Below are positions 44,489-52,128 of a DNA stretch of 64,000 bases, piece by piece. Below the pieces are notes generated by a model, which made no database searches, was not told where the DNA came from, and saw only the letters and a list, made by a program, of their open reading frames with translations. The stretch lies in the IMG/VR virus record IMGVR_UViG_3300037721_000031, positions 192,001 to 256,000 of that record; one strand, written 5' to 3'. Made by a program: the position numbers and the translations under genes. Each line of letters begins with the position of its first letter. Position 1 is the stretch's first letter. The DNA comes from a virus. Its lineage: Duplodnaviria > Caudoviricetes.

Positions 44489-45103
44489 CTAGACGATTGG
44501 CTTCAAGCCAATATCGAAGAATCCTTCCAATTCAACCACAGTACCATCTTTCTTTTCCAACTTCATCGGGTTCACACAGACTTCCATCTGGAAGTCATCC
44601 TTCAAAAGCTTCACGACCTTTTCACAGAAGTCAGCCAAAGCCTTACTTTCCAGAAGCATGTCTTTCTTCTTCAAGTCGACAACACCCTTAAAAGCATTAC
44701 TGAGGAACATTGTGATGTCTTGATGCATCACCCAAACTTTGTCATCAGGAAGTGCTTCGATCTCAGCAACCGTCAGATTAGGAGCGACTTTCCAATTGGC
44801 AGAGTCATCCAACTGACCGTAACCTGCAGCCGGATACTGGTTGAACCATTGGCCAGATGCATGCTTCGAATTTTCTTCGGTGAAGATAAAGCCATCATGA
44901 TTCGTTTCATTCTCGGGATCTTGATCCCAAGCCACCTTGTGATGTTCCTTGCAGGTGAGTTTCTTGATCTCGATACCGTTAAGTGTATCGAGCCATGGCA
45001 GGTACACACTACCCCAGCGAGGTTCATTCCGAGTGAAGTTGATCCAGATGAAGAAGTACACAGCGCCAACAGTGTAACGCAGTTTTCTTTGAACTTGAGT
45101 CAT
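44489..45103 (-). CDS. Hypothetical phage protein
   Basis: 204-aa ORF, AAGGA upstream; WFNQYP..GYGQLDD segment. Confidence 0.8.
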   Translation of the reverse strand: MTQVQRKLRYTVGAVYFFIWINFTRNEPRWGSVYLPWLDTLNGIEIKKLTCKEHHKVAWDQDPENETNHDGFIFTEENSKHASGQWFNQYPAAGYGQLDDSANWKVAPNLTVAEIEALPDDKVWVMHQDITMFLSNAFKGVVDLKKKDMLLESKALADFCEKVVKLLKDDFQMEVCVNPMKLEKKDGTVVELEGFFDIGLKPIV

Positions 45104-45215
45104 AATGAGTCCTTTTGCGAAATGAAGTCAGTATCTATCGCAGACACTGACTGATTGATGATCACGGGATACTGATGTGTAAATTGACGACTACTGACTG
45201 ATCTCTTCTTGAGTA

Positions 45216-45476
45216 TCAGGTCATGAAGTTCTTGAACGCCGGGACACCGAGAGAATTCAGAGTCCGATACAATTCAGCAGCGTCGATGATGTTGTCGAAA
45301 TCGGCATAGACGGTATCTTGCTTCAGAGGAGCCGGATTGCTCTTACTTCTCGTAAAGTATTTTGCACATTCATTGTGCTTTTCGATCCAACTTTGATAAG
45401 TCGAGACCGTGAACTTCCGAACAGGTTGGTCACAGTCGATGTCATCGATTGCATCAGCAATGGGAATGTTAGTCAT
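45216..45476 (-). CDS. Stand-alone copy of the C-terminal domain of 13169..13927
   Basis: T.STY......K.FTR.K....V.ADFD.I.DA.ELY..L.....PAFKN. Confidence 0.8.
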   Translation of the reverse strand: MTNIPIADAIDDIDCDQPVRKFTVSTYQSWIEKHNECAKYFTRSKSNPAPLKQDTVYADFDNIIDAAELYRTLNSLGVPAFKNFMT

Positions 45477-45562
45477 GATTGATTTCCTTGATTACTTAGA
45501 TAATGGTTGAGAGCTACTTATGCCTAAACCATCACCGGTTAATAAATCGAGTATTTCCTTAC

Positions 45563-45982
45563 CTAGGTGCGGATGTCCCAGACGATCTCTTCTTCTGTCT
45601 GAACAGCATCCATTTCATTGAACACCTTACGGTAGCCTGGGACGTCCTTAAATTCATCCGGACACATCCCGAGCTCGAAGTCTGACTTATCGACAATCTT
45701 CACTTCTTCAAGGATCTTGTCGATTTCTTCAGATTCAGGACCAGTGAAGCCGCTGTCAAGATAGATACCAAGGCCAGTGTTGAAGCGAGGACGAATGTAC
45801 TTTTCGTTCTTGAGCACTCTCATAGCCGCTGTATCGACAATCAAAGCCTTTGCACGATCATCGACCATTTCGATTCCAGCGATTTCAGCCCCTTTCATGT
45901 AACAAACACGGCATTCGCCAATGACTTGATTGTTACGGATGAGTAGAGTTGCACGACCAGTAGTGGAAACTGCACGAAACAT
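45563..45982 (-). CDS. RDNQVIGEC-family protein 4 (start revised to MFRAV)
   Basis: LLIRNNQVIGEC; MVDDRAKALI; IRPRF; IVDK.DF; P..FKDVPGY; AGGA before 45982. Confidence 0.8.
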   Translation of the reverse strand: MFRAVSTTGRATLLIRNNQVIGECRVCYMKGAEIAGIEMVDDRAKALIVDTAAMRVLKNEKYIRPRFNTGLGIYLDSGFTGPESEEIDKILEEVKIVDKSDFELGMCPDEFKDVPGYRKVFNEMDAVQTEEEIVWDIRT

Positions 45983-46019
45983 GGTTTGTATTCCTAGTAT
46001 GATTTCAATTGATGAGTTT

Positions 46020-46346
46020 TCAACGCTTGAAACAGATATTGACTTCCAGTTCGAAATCTTCAATAACGACTGCTGGAGTTGCTTTCAGAACACTGATAAT
46101 CTTCTCCAACTCCTGAATGGCAACGGCCTTCTGAGAGGTACCTCTATACCCGAAATACTGAGGGCCTTCGAAATGATTATCGAAGGTAATGTCCTCATCC
46201 TTGAACAAGGCTTGAGTAGCTAGCAATGCGGTAACAGGGTTTGATTTTGCCAGCAGTTCCGGGTGCAGGTCACCATCGACGAGGACATCATAGTTCTTGC
46301 TTTCATCGTCGTACTGCAGTGAGAAAACCTTTTTCTCTTCGTTCAT
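46020..46346 (-). CDS. Hypothetical protein; N-terminus shared with 26328..26801
   Basis: LVDG.LHP.L; AGGAG upstream. Confidence 0.7.
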   Translation of the reverse strand: MNEEKKVFSLQYDDESKNYDVLVDGDLHPELLAKSNPVTALLATQALFKDEDITFDNHFEGPQYFGYRGTSQKAVAIQELEKIISVLKATPAVVIEDFELEVNICFKR

Positions 46347-46350
46347 GATC

Positions 46351-47169
46351 TTAACTCCTTACGTTATCCAAAGTGACGAACTTCGGACTGAATTGATTGA
46401 ACGGATTACCACACATTTCTGGGCGATAACCTGCCGGATTACTGACTACGAGTGTTCTTCCAAGACGAGTCTCTATTGAGTCATGGGTATGGCCAAACAC
46501 CCAGAGATCAGGTGAGTATCTTTGATTGAGAAGAAGATCACAGTCCGAAGCAAAACCGCCATTTTCATCTGCATCGAAACGACGAGGGCAAAGCTTGTAA
46601 CTGGGAAGATGATGAGTCATCACTACAGTTTGACCATTAAACGGATGCTGCAGGAACTTCTTCAGGCTTTTCTTTTGTTGTTTATGAATATCCATCATGT
46701 CAGAAACCTGAAAGAATCCACCGTTCTTCTTAATCGATCGAAAATCACCAATGCGCTGACCAATTACGTATTGTTCTTCAGGTGTTTTTCCGCCATCAGC
46801 CCACAGAGTACCATAGATGATTCTCCAGCCGGTCCAGTGCTCGCAGCTCATCTTTCCTGCACTAAATCTGACTTTTGCAGTCTCTGCTGCAATCCGAGCA
46901 GTCATGACAGAGTTCCACACATCGATGTCATGACCGTATGTCTCGTGATTGCCTGGTACAAGAAATACGGCTTGAAACCGATTCTCCAAGGCTTGTAGAA
47001 ACCCGATCAGTTGGTCGGGCTTCGAACTGATATCGCCCGCCAAAAGCAGAACTGATGACGAATCCCGCTCATCTTCCGGCACGAATTGACGGACCAATAC
47101 TTCTTCGTACTGTCCGTAGAATTGTTCCAAATGAAGATCAGAAACAATTCGTAAATAGACTGGTCTCAT
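46351..47169 (-). CDS. Calcineurin-like metallophosphoesterase
   Basis: SDLH, LAGDI, PGNHE, THHLP, FGHTH. Confidence 0.92.
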   Translation of the reverse strand: MRPVYLRIVSDLHLEQFYGQYEEVLVRQFVPEDERDSSSVLLLAGDISSKPDQLIGFLQALENRFQAVFLVPGNHETYGHDIDVWNSVMTARIAAETAKVRFSAGKMSCEHWTGWRIIYGTLWADGGKTPEEQYVIGQRIGDFRSIKKNGGFFQVSDMMDIHKQQKKSLKKFLQHPFNGQTVVMTHHLPSYKLCPRRFDADENGGFASDCDLLLNQRYSPDLWVFGHTHDSIETRLGRTLVVSNPAGYRPEMCGNPFNQFSPKFVTLDNVRS

Positions 47170-47183
47170 GACAATTCCTTGAT

Positions 47184-47510
47184 CTAGGCGCTCAGCATCA
47201 CCTTCTTCTTAGAAGAGATAGCGGTTTTCAGAGAGTCTGTGTAGGTATCGGTAAGAACCACCTGACACTTGACAGGAACGACGAACAGTTTATCCTTGTA
47301 GCGTTTATCCATGATCTCAAAAACCTTGATATAGTTCTTGGCCAGATCTTCAGACCCCAAAAACTTTGCTTCTGACGGGTTCAGTACTTCAGCCGGATAT
47401 GCTGAGGCCCGCTGCTCTGCGAACCACAGGTAGGTGACGGCATGAACACCGGTATTACTAACCACGTTTGTACGCATACCGATGACATATTGAGTGAAGC
47501 TGATGCTCAT
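47184..47510 (-). CDS. Hypothetical protein
   Basis: 108-aa ORF, GGAG upstream. Confidence 0.7.
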   Translation of the reverse strand: MSISFTQYVIGMRTNVVSNTGVHAVTYLWFAEQRASAYPAEVLNPSEAKFLGSEDLAKNYIKVFEIMDKRYKDKLFVVPVKCQVVLTDTYTDSLKTAISSKKKVMLSA

Positions 47511-47582
47511 GATCGATACTCCAAAGTTGACTCAGTGTGCTAGTACTGAGTAGAGAATGATTGGATTAAAGAGACAATGTAA

Positions 47583-47634
47583 ACATAATCCCAATGTAGT
47601 TTATAAGATAAGAAGATTACATTGGGATTATGTT
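47583..47634. terminator. Intergenic hairpin; second hairpin at about 47641-47671
   Basis: aacataatcccaatgta ... tacattgggattatgtt. Confidence 0.6.
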
Positions 47635-47674
47635 TTAGTCATCAGGCTTCCTCGTTATGAAGAAGCCTGATCGT

Positions 47675-47842
47675 TTATACCTTGATGATGTAACCGTATT
47701 GCATCAGTGTCAACAAGAGGCCACCAACGAATGTCAGAAAGAACATCACTTTGATCATGATGTTCCAAAATCCAGTTTCTTTCCAAAAGAAACATGCCAC
47801 GATTGACATGAATGCCGAGACGATGAGGTAGATGGTGATCAC
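47675..47842 (-). CDS. 55-aa two-TM protein (GTG start), paralogue of 48894..49064
   Basis: Hand translation MITIYLIVSAFMSIVACFFWKETGFWNIMIKVMFFLTFVGGLLLTLMQYGYIIKV. Confidence 0.7.
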   Translation of the reverse strand: MITIYLIVSAFMSIVACFFWKETGFWNIMIKVMFFLTFVGGLLLTLMQYGYIIKV

Positions 47843-47851
47843 GATTCGCTT

Positions 47852-48118
47852 TCAGTTGAGTACTTGTAGGACACCGGAACGCAGGTTCGCAATAAACCAC
47901 GTACGTGCATCGCTGGTACGTGCAGTTGTGCACATATCGCGAAGCGAGCCGTACATTGGAACTACTACATTGGGATAATGAGTAGTCATCACCCATTCAC
48001 CAAAGGACAAACCACTGCTGTCACCCAACGAATCACCATACTCACCGTACTGAATCATCATGCTTTTTGCAAAGCTGATAATCTTCTCAATGCAAGGCTG
48101 CTCGTTGTTAATAGACAC
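47852..48118 (-). CDS. Hypothetical protein
   Basis: 88-aa ORF, GGAG upstream. Confidence 0.7.
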   Translation of the reverse strand: MSINNEQPCIEKIISFAKSMMIQYGEYGDSLGDSSGLSFGEWVMTTHYPNVVVPMYGSLRDMCTTARTSDARTWFIANLRSGVLQVLN

Positions 48119-48152
48119 GGCTATTCTCCAATGAATGGTTGGTGGGTTAGTA

Positions 48153-48539
48153 TTAACCCAAAGAGTTTACGAAGTTGTCCAGATCGGTAGACAACAGTTC
48201 CTTCAGCTTACTAGCCAACTTCTTCAAAGCTTCAGTGTGATTGGTCTCACACTGAAGCATGTCGTACTGAAGGTATCCGTCTGAACCACACCGGATCACG
48301 CCGGCCCACGTTCCAGCAGAGGTCTTCAAAGCACGAAGCTTGAACGCAACGCCCAGGCCATTTTCAGAGGCGTACTCGATGCCCACCTTCGCAACTTCTG
48401 CTGCAAATTTAGCCTTGAAGCTATCGCGTTCTTGAGTACTTGTAAAAACAAGAACTTGCTTAATAGCAGAATTACCTTGCCAGTCGTGAACTTCAGAAAA
48501 TATCAACATATTGACTCCTTGGTTGAATCCATTACTCAA
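48153..48539 (-). CDS. Hypothetical protein
   Basis: 128-aa ORF; AGGAG before the internal MLIF. Confidence 0.7.
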   Translation of the reverse strand: MSNGFNQGVNMLIFSEVHDWQGNSAIKQVLVFTSTQERDSFKAKFAAEVAKVGIEYASENGLGVAFKLRALKTSAGTWAGVIRCGSDGYLQYDMLQCETNHTEALKKLASKLKELLSTDLDNFVNSLG

Positions 48540-48725
48540 ACTTCTTCACATACGTTGGCTGTAGACTAATAACAGTCAAGATGGAAACATAATTATACTT
48601 TCGACATGACTCTTATTTTTGAAAATGTGACAATCATGTCGAAAATACAATATTAAATTCTTTTTTTTTTATAGAAGAGATTCTCAGGTAACACCTGCTA
48701 GAGAACAGGTGTTACCTACTCTAGT

Positions 48726-48803
48726 TTAATATATCTGTTCATGCCTCCTAGTAATCGTAAGATACAGGCTAAGAGCGAACAGAATGAAGTAGAGCGGTAT
48801 CAT
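48726..48803 (-). CDS. 25-aa hydrophobic peptide (MIPLYFILFALSLYLTITRRHEQIY)
   Basis: Hand translation; GGAA upstream; flanked by hairpins. Confidence 0.45.
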   Translation of the reverse strand: MIPLYFILFALSLYLTITRRHEQIY

Positions 48804-48893
48804 TGTTTATTTCCAATCGATTCATGTTGAAGAATATATTCTTCAACTTTATAGTTACCTACCTGTCTCTTCCGCTATTGCGAAATGATTTTA

Positions 48894-49064
48894 TTACGAC
48901 ACTGTTTCGATATACCCACGCTTAACTAAAAGACGCAAGGCGATGTTTGCGAAGGCAGACAAAAACACCGTCTTGATAACGATGTTTACCAGGTCTTCTG
49001 TACTCCATAAAAAAGCCAGAGAACCAAATAACAATGCTAGCGTTACAAGGCTAATTTCAACCAT
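48894..49064 (-). CDS. 56-aa two-TM protein, paralogue of 47675..47842
   Basis: Hand translation MVEISLVTLALLFGSLAFLWSTEDLVNIVIKTVFLSAFANIALRLLVKRGYIETVS. Confidence 0.65.
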   Translation of the reverse strand: MVEISLVTLALLFGSLAFLWSTEDLVNIVIKTVFLSAFANIALRLLVKRGYIETVS

Positions 49065-49156
49065 ACGTTATTCCCAGTTGATTGATGATGGTGGCTCGAG
49101 AATGACTCTATAGTAATTCCTCTAAGGTGGATGTCTTCTCACAAGTAACCTATGAG

Positions 49157-49188
49157 CTAGAGTCCGCTGCTGCAGCAGCGGACTCTAG
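49157..49188. terminator. Perfect 32-bp palindrome
   Basis: ctagagtccgctgctg|cagcagcggactctag. Confidence 0.7.
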
Positions 49189-49280
49189 TAGTTAGGACTT
49201 CTAACAGCTCTACATCTTTTAACTTATCGTAACAGATATTCCTTTCAGAAGGTTTATGTCATCGTCACCAACACTTATAT

Positions 49281-50573
49281 TCAGGCAGGAACGGGAGCAG
49301 CAGCATCAACCAGCACATCACCAGACTTCACGAACCAGCCCTTGATGGCGTTGAACGCACTGGTAACCACATGCCCAGTCTTGGCCGACGCAATCTTGAT
49401 GGTCTCATAAACCACCCCTGCCACAAATGCGGCATAATTACGTGCCACGACGAAAGCACCCAAGATAGAACGACCAATGACTTCCAGAGTGCCGCTGAAA
49501 GCAAAGCTCTGGGCGGGCGTCACAACAACGCTACGACGAATGATGATTCGCAGTGCAATGTAGATGGCCAGCAAACAGATCGAGATCACAACGTACGAGA
49601 AGGTGTTGGTCTTGATGAACTTGACCACAGTGTTCTTAATTTCCACGGTCTTGGCCTTCACAGCTGCAATGGTACGCGAGATCGTGCCGGTTGCTTGCAC
49701 AGCGTCGTCTTGATTCAGCATTGCCGGATCAATGTTCGGAAACGGAGTGGGTTCATTGGACACAGTTTGTTCACTAGCTTTCATCATCGCCTCCTTTTCA
49801 GAGTTGGACAAATCGATAGTCGGAAACGTGGTCGTCACAGATGCGCCAAGTTGAGCCAGTTGATCCAGAGTCGTAATTTGTTGGGTGGTCATAAATGTCT
49901 TTCCGGCCTCATCAGCCTGAGTTTCAGTGAGTTTGTGAGCTTCGTCAATGAGATGTGTGAATTCGCCGTGCTGCTCCGAAGGAAGAACAGAGTTACCTGC
50001 CTTCCTCAAAACTGCAGTCCAATACCTACTGAGTTCAGCAGTTACGCTTTTCACCCAATGTGCCTGGACGGACGCATTACAGTGTCCTTTAATTGCAGTT
50101 ACCTTATCCCACAACTCCTGTTGTGTTTTAACGGTCGCCGCACCAAAAGACAGAAATGCCACTTTCGCATTCTTAGCCGATAACAGAACCATCAGTGTTT
50201 CTTCACACACATGGTCTGCTTTACTAATCAGCCATTGTCCGTGATTCGGATTAGCGATCAGTAAATATGCAGAGATTTCATTCTTACATCGAAACCTACT
50301 TTGCAGTTTTGGTGGCTGGGAAGACTGGTCTGCCAAATACACCGGTGATTGCGGGTAAGGCTGAGGATGATGACGCTGATTGGTTTGTGGATAGGGCTGC
50401 GGTTGTAGCTGGGGATGCAGCTGTTGTTCCTGGTATTGCTGGTTCTGATTAAGAAGATAACGTTCTGGAGAGTTGAGGGAGGGTCGCGGAACGGTTCCGT
50501 ACTCAGGTTTCCGGCTGTTTTGAGGGGCGGTATTCCGAGCTTCGCCATTTTGCGACGGGATATGAATTGCCAT
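49281..50573 (-). CDS. Hypothetical membrane-associated protein with P/Q-rich N-terminus
   Basis: PQPYPQ repeats; TM FSYVVISICLLAIYIALRIII near the C-terminus. Confidence 0.8.
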   Translation of the reverse strand: MAIHIPSQNGEARNTAPQNSRKPEYGTVPRPSLNSPERYLLNQNQQYQEQQLHPQLQPQPYPQTNQRHHPQPYPQSPVYLADQSSQPPKLQSRFRCKNEISAYLLIANPNHGQWLISKADHVCEETLMVLLSAKNAKVAFLSFGAATVKTQQELWDKVTAIKGHCNASVQAHWVKSVTAELSRYWTAVLRKAGNSVLPSEQHGEFTHLIDEAHKLTETQADEAGKTFMTTQQITTLDQLAQLGASVTTTFPTIDLSNSEKEAMMKASEQTVSNEPTPFPNIDPAMLNQDDAVQATGTISRTIAAVKAKTVEIKNTVVKFIKTNTFSYVVISICLLAIYIALRIIIRRSVVVTPAQSFAFSGTLEVIGRSILGAFVVARNYAAFVAGVVYETIKIASAKTGHVVTSAFNAIKGWFVKSGDVLVDAAAPVPA

Positions 50574-50582
50574 TTAGACCCT

Positions 50583-50846
50583 CTATTCTTCCGCTGTATC
50601 GTTATACAAGACTTTGTGGATACCACAAAGGAACCAGCTGGTAGCATTGTACGCAGCAGCAGACACCCCCAAAACAACAGTCACATACGCAGCAAATACC
50701 TGCAGCATCCAAGCAACAATCCCAGTGATACTGACCGCGGCCAACACAGCACCAACTGTATTGTAGGCTACGACAATTACTGCAATAGCAGCAATGTAGG
50801 CAAGGATGCTTATCAGATTGAGAGTGGTGTTACGAACAGTGTTCAT
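50583..50846 (-). CDS. Small multi-TM membrane protein
   Basis: Almost entirely hydrophobic 87 aa; AAGGA upstream. Confidence 0.7.
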   Translation of the reverse strand: MNTVRNTTLNLISILAYIAAIAVIVVAYNTVGAVLAAVSITGIVAWMLQVFAAYVTVVLGVSAAAYNATSWFLCGIHKVLYNDTAEE

Positions 50847-50915
50847 TTTGTATTTCCTTGAGTAGTTAGCGAGACTTGAAGGTGTAGTGCTTATTATTGT
50901 AACATTCCCTGGTGT

Positions 50916-51506
50916 TCAGGTGTGTATACTATCGAGAATACGGTCAAACTCCATTTTTTGTTGTTCAATAATTCTAGTTACTGCGCGAGCTGCATTATTA
51001 ATCTCGAAAGCACTTGTATCTCGGACAGTGTTATTTCTAGAGTAGGACTCATTAACAGTGTCCATGTGATAGCCACTATAGACGGCCACTGCAGATGAAG
51101 CACTGGCAATCGCATCGGCCATTACTGTAGTCACATCAGACAAATACGTGTATGTGCATTCGTAATCTGTCTGCCAGATGTCGTATCCCATACGGTGATA
51201 ACATCTGCGCTTTTCGTCTGAGAGAAGAGCACATGTTTGATCCATACAGCAAACTGAGAACTCGTGAATCTCTCTTGGAAACTCTCCAAGCGTTCTCAGG
51301 CTCTTTAATGCTGCTGTGAGACCGTACTTATCGTACACGTCGCGCACTCCATCAAGAGTAATAACGACATGTGGTTTCTCGTTTGTTCTGCGACTTACAA
51401 GTACACCGAATTGCTTTGAGCACAACACTCTATCGTTATGGGTCATAACTTCGACTACAGTGTTTGCTGTGCGAAGTCCGCCTTTTATTGGTTTAAACTC
51501 AAGCAT
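50916..51506 (-). CDS. Hypothetical protein
   Basis: 196-aa ORF, AAGGGA upstream. Confidence 0.75.
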   Translation of the reverse strand: MLEFKPIKGGLRTANTVVEVMTHNDRVLCSKQFGVLVSRRTNEKPHVVITLDGVRDVYDKYGLTAALKSLRTLGEFPREIHEFSVCCMDQTCALLSDEKRRCYHRMGYDIWQTDYECTYTYLSDVTTVMADAIASASSAVAVYSGYHMDTVNESYSRNNTVRDTSAFEINNAARAVTRIIEQQKMEFDRILDSIHT

Positions 51507-51634
51507 AGTTATCCCTTTTGTTTAAAGAAAAAATGTAAACCACATTGGATATGTGTCGTGTGACACATATCCAATAGGATGTAGTGTCAGGCCATCTTCT
51601 CGAATGGTCTGAAAAATAACTTTTCTACTCTATA

Positions 51635-51661
51635 TTCCATTTATGTCATATGTGCTTGAAA
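51635..51661 (-). promoter_or_regulatory. Early-promoter-like motif copy 5 (degenerate)
   Basis: Minus strand TTTCAA-GCACATATGACATAA-ATGGAA. Confidence 0.5.
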
Positions 51662-51705
51662 GTAAATAGAATCAAAAATCCTATTTACTTTCCTCATTGC
51701 AAGGC

Positions 51706-51996
51706 TTAACCGGCATTGGTCATGGACTCTGCCTGATGCCGGTTATCTCTGATCAGCTTCTCAACAGTGCTCTTGAGTCTTTCATCACCATGGATGGACC
51801 ATTCATTCTCAAGGATGTTGTAGGAAGCTGCAAGAATGACCTTACCACCGCTGGTGATTTCCATTTCTGAATAACCAGCAACCAACTTCACTTCACCAAG
51901 TTCTTTGAAAGTCTTACGAGCAGACTTCATCATCGCGGCTACCACAGTAAGCATAACAACCGGGTCAACGTTAGAAGCAATGTTCACAGTAGTCAT
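51706..51996 (-). CDS. Hypothetical protein
   Basis: 96-aa ORF, AAGGG upstream; first gene after promoter copy 6. Confidence 0.75.
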   Translation of the reverse strand: MTTVNIASNVDPVVMLTVVAAMMKSARKTFKELGEVKLVAGYSEMEITSGGKVILAASYNILENEWSIHGDERLKSTVEKLIRDNRHQAESMTNAG

Positions 51997-52033
51997 GATG
52001 ATTTTCCCTTAAGTTAAGTTGATCTCTACTCTA

Positions 52034-52060
52034 ATTCAAAATAGCAATATATATCTGAAA
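52034..52060 (-). promoter_or_regulatory. Early-promoter-like motif copy 6, at late/early boundary
   Basis: Minus strand TTTCAG-ATATATATTGCTATT-TTGAAT directly after the structural-operon terminator. Confidence 0.6.
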
Positions 52061-52084
52061 AAATCTGCATTGTGAAAAACTATA

Positions 52085-52122
52085 GCATAAAGACCTAGGG
52101 TAAAGTCCCTAGGTCTTTATGC
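52085..52122. terminator. Terminator ending the virion operon
   Basis: gcataaagacctaggg-taaagt-ccctaggtctttatgc. Confidence 0.85.
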
Positions 52123-52128
52123 CGTTTC

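Noticed and set aside
47655-47996. 113-aa minus-strand ORF in the track
   Set aside because: Overlaps 47852..48118 and hides the better 55-aa frame 47675..47842, which has a paralogue
49371-50183. 270-aa plus-strand ORF, and similar ones at 44459, 10467, 16757, 46522 and 50415
   Set aside because: Antisense shadows of well-supported minus-strand genes; no motifs and odd composition
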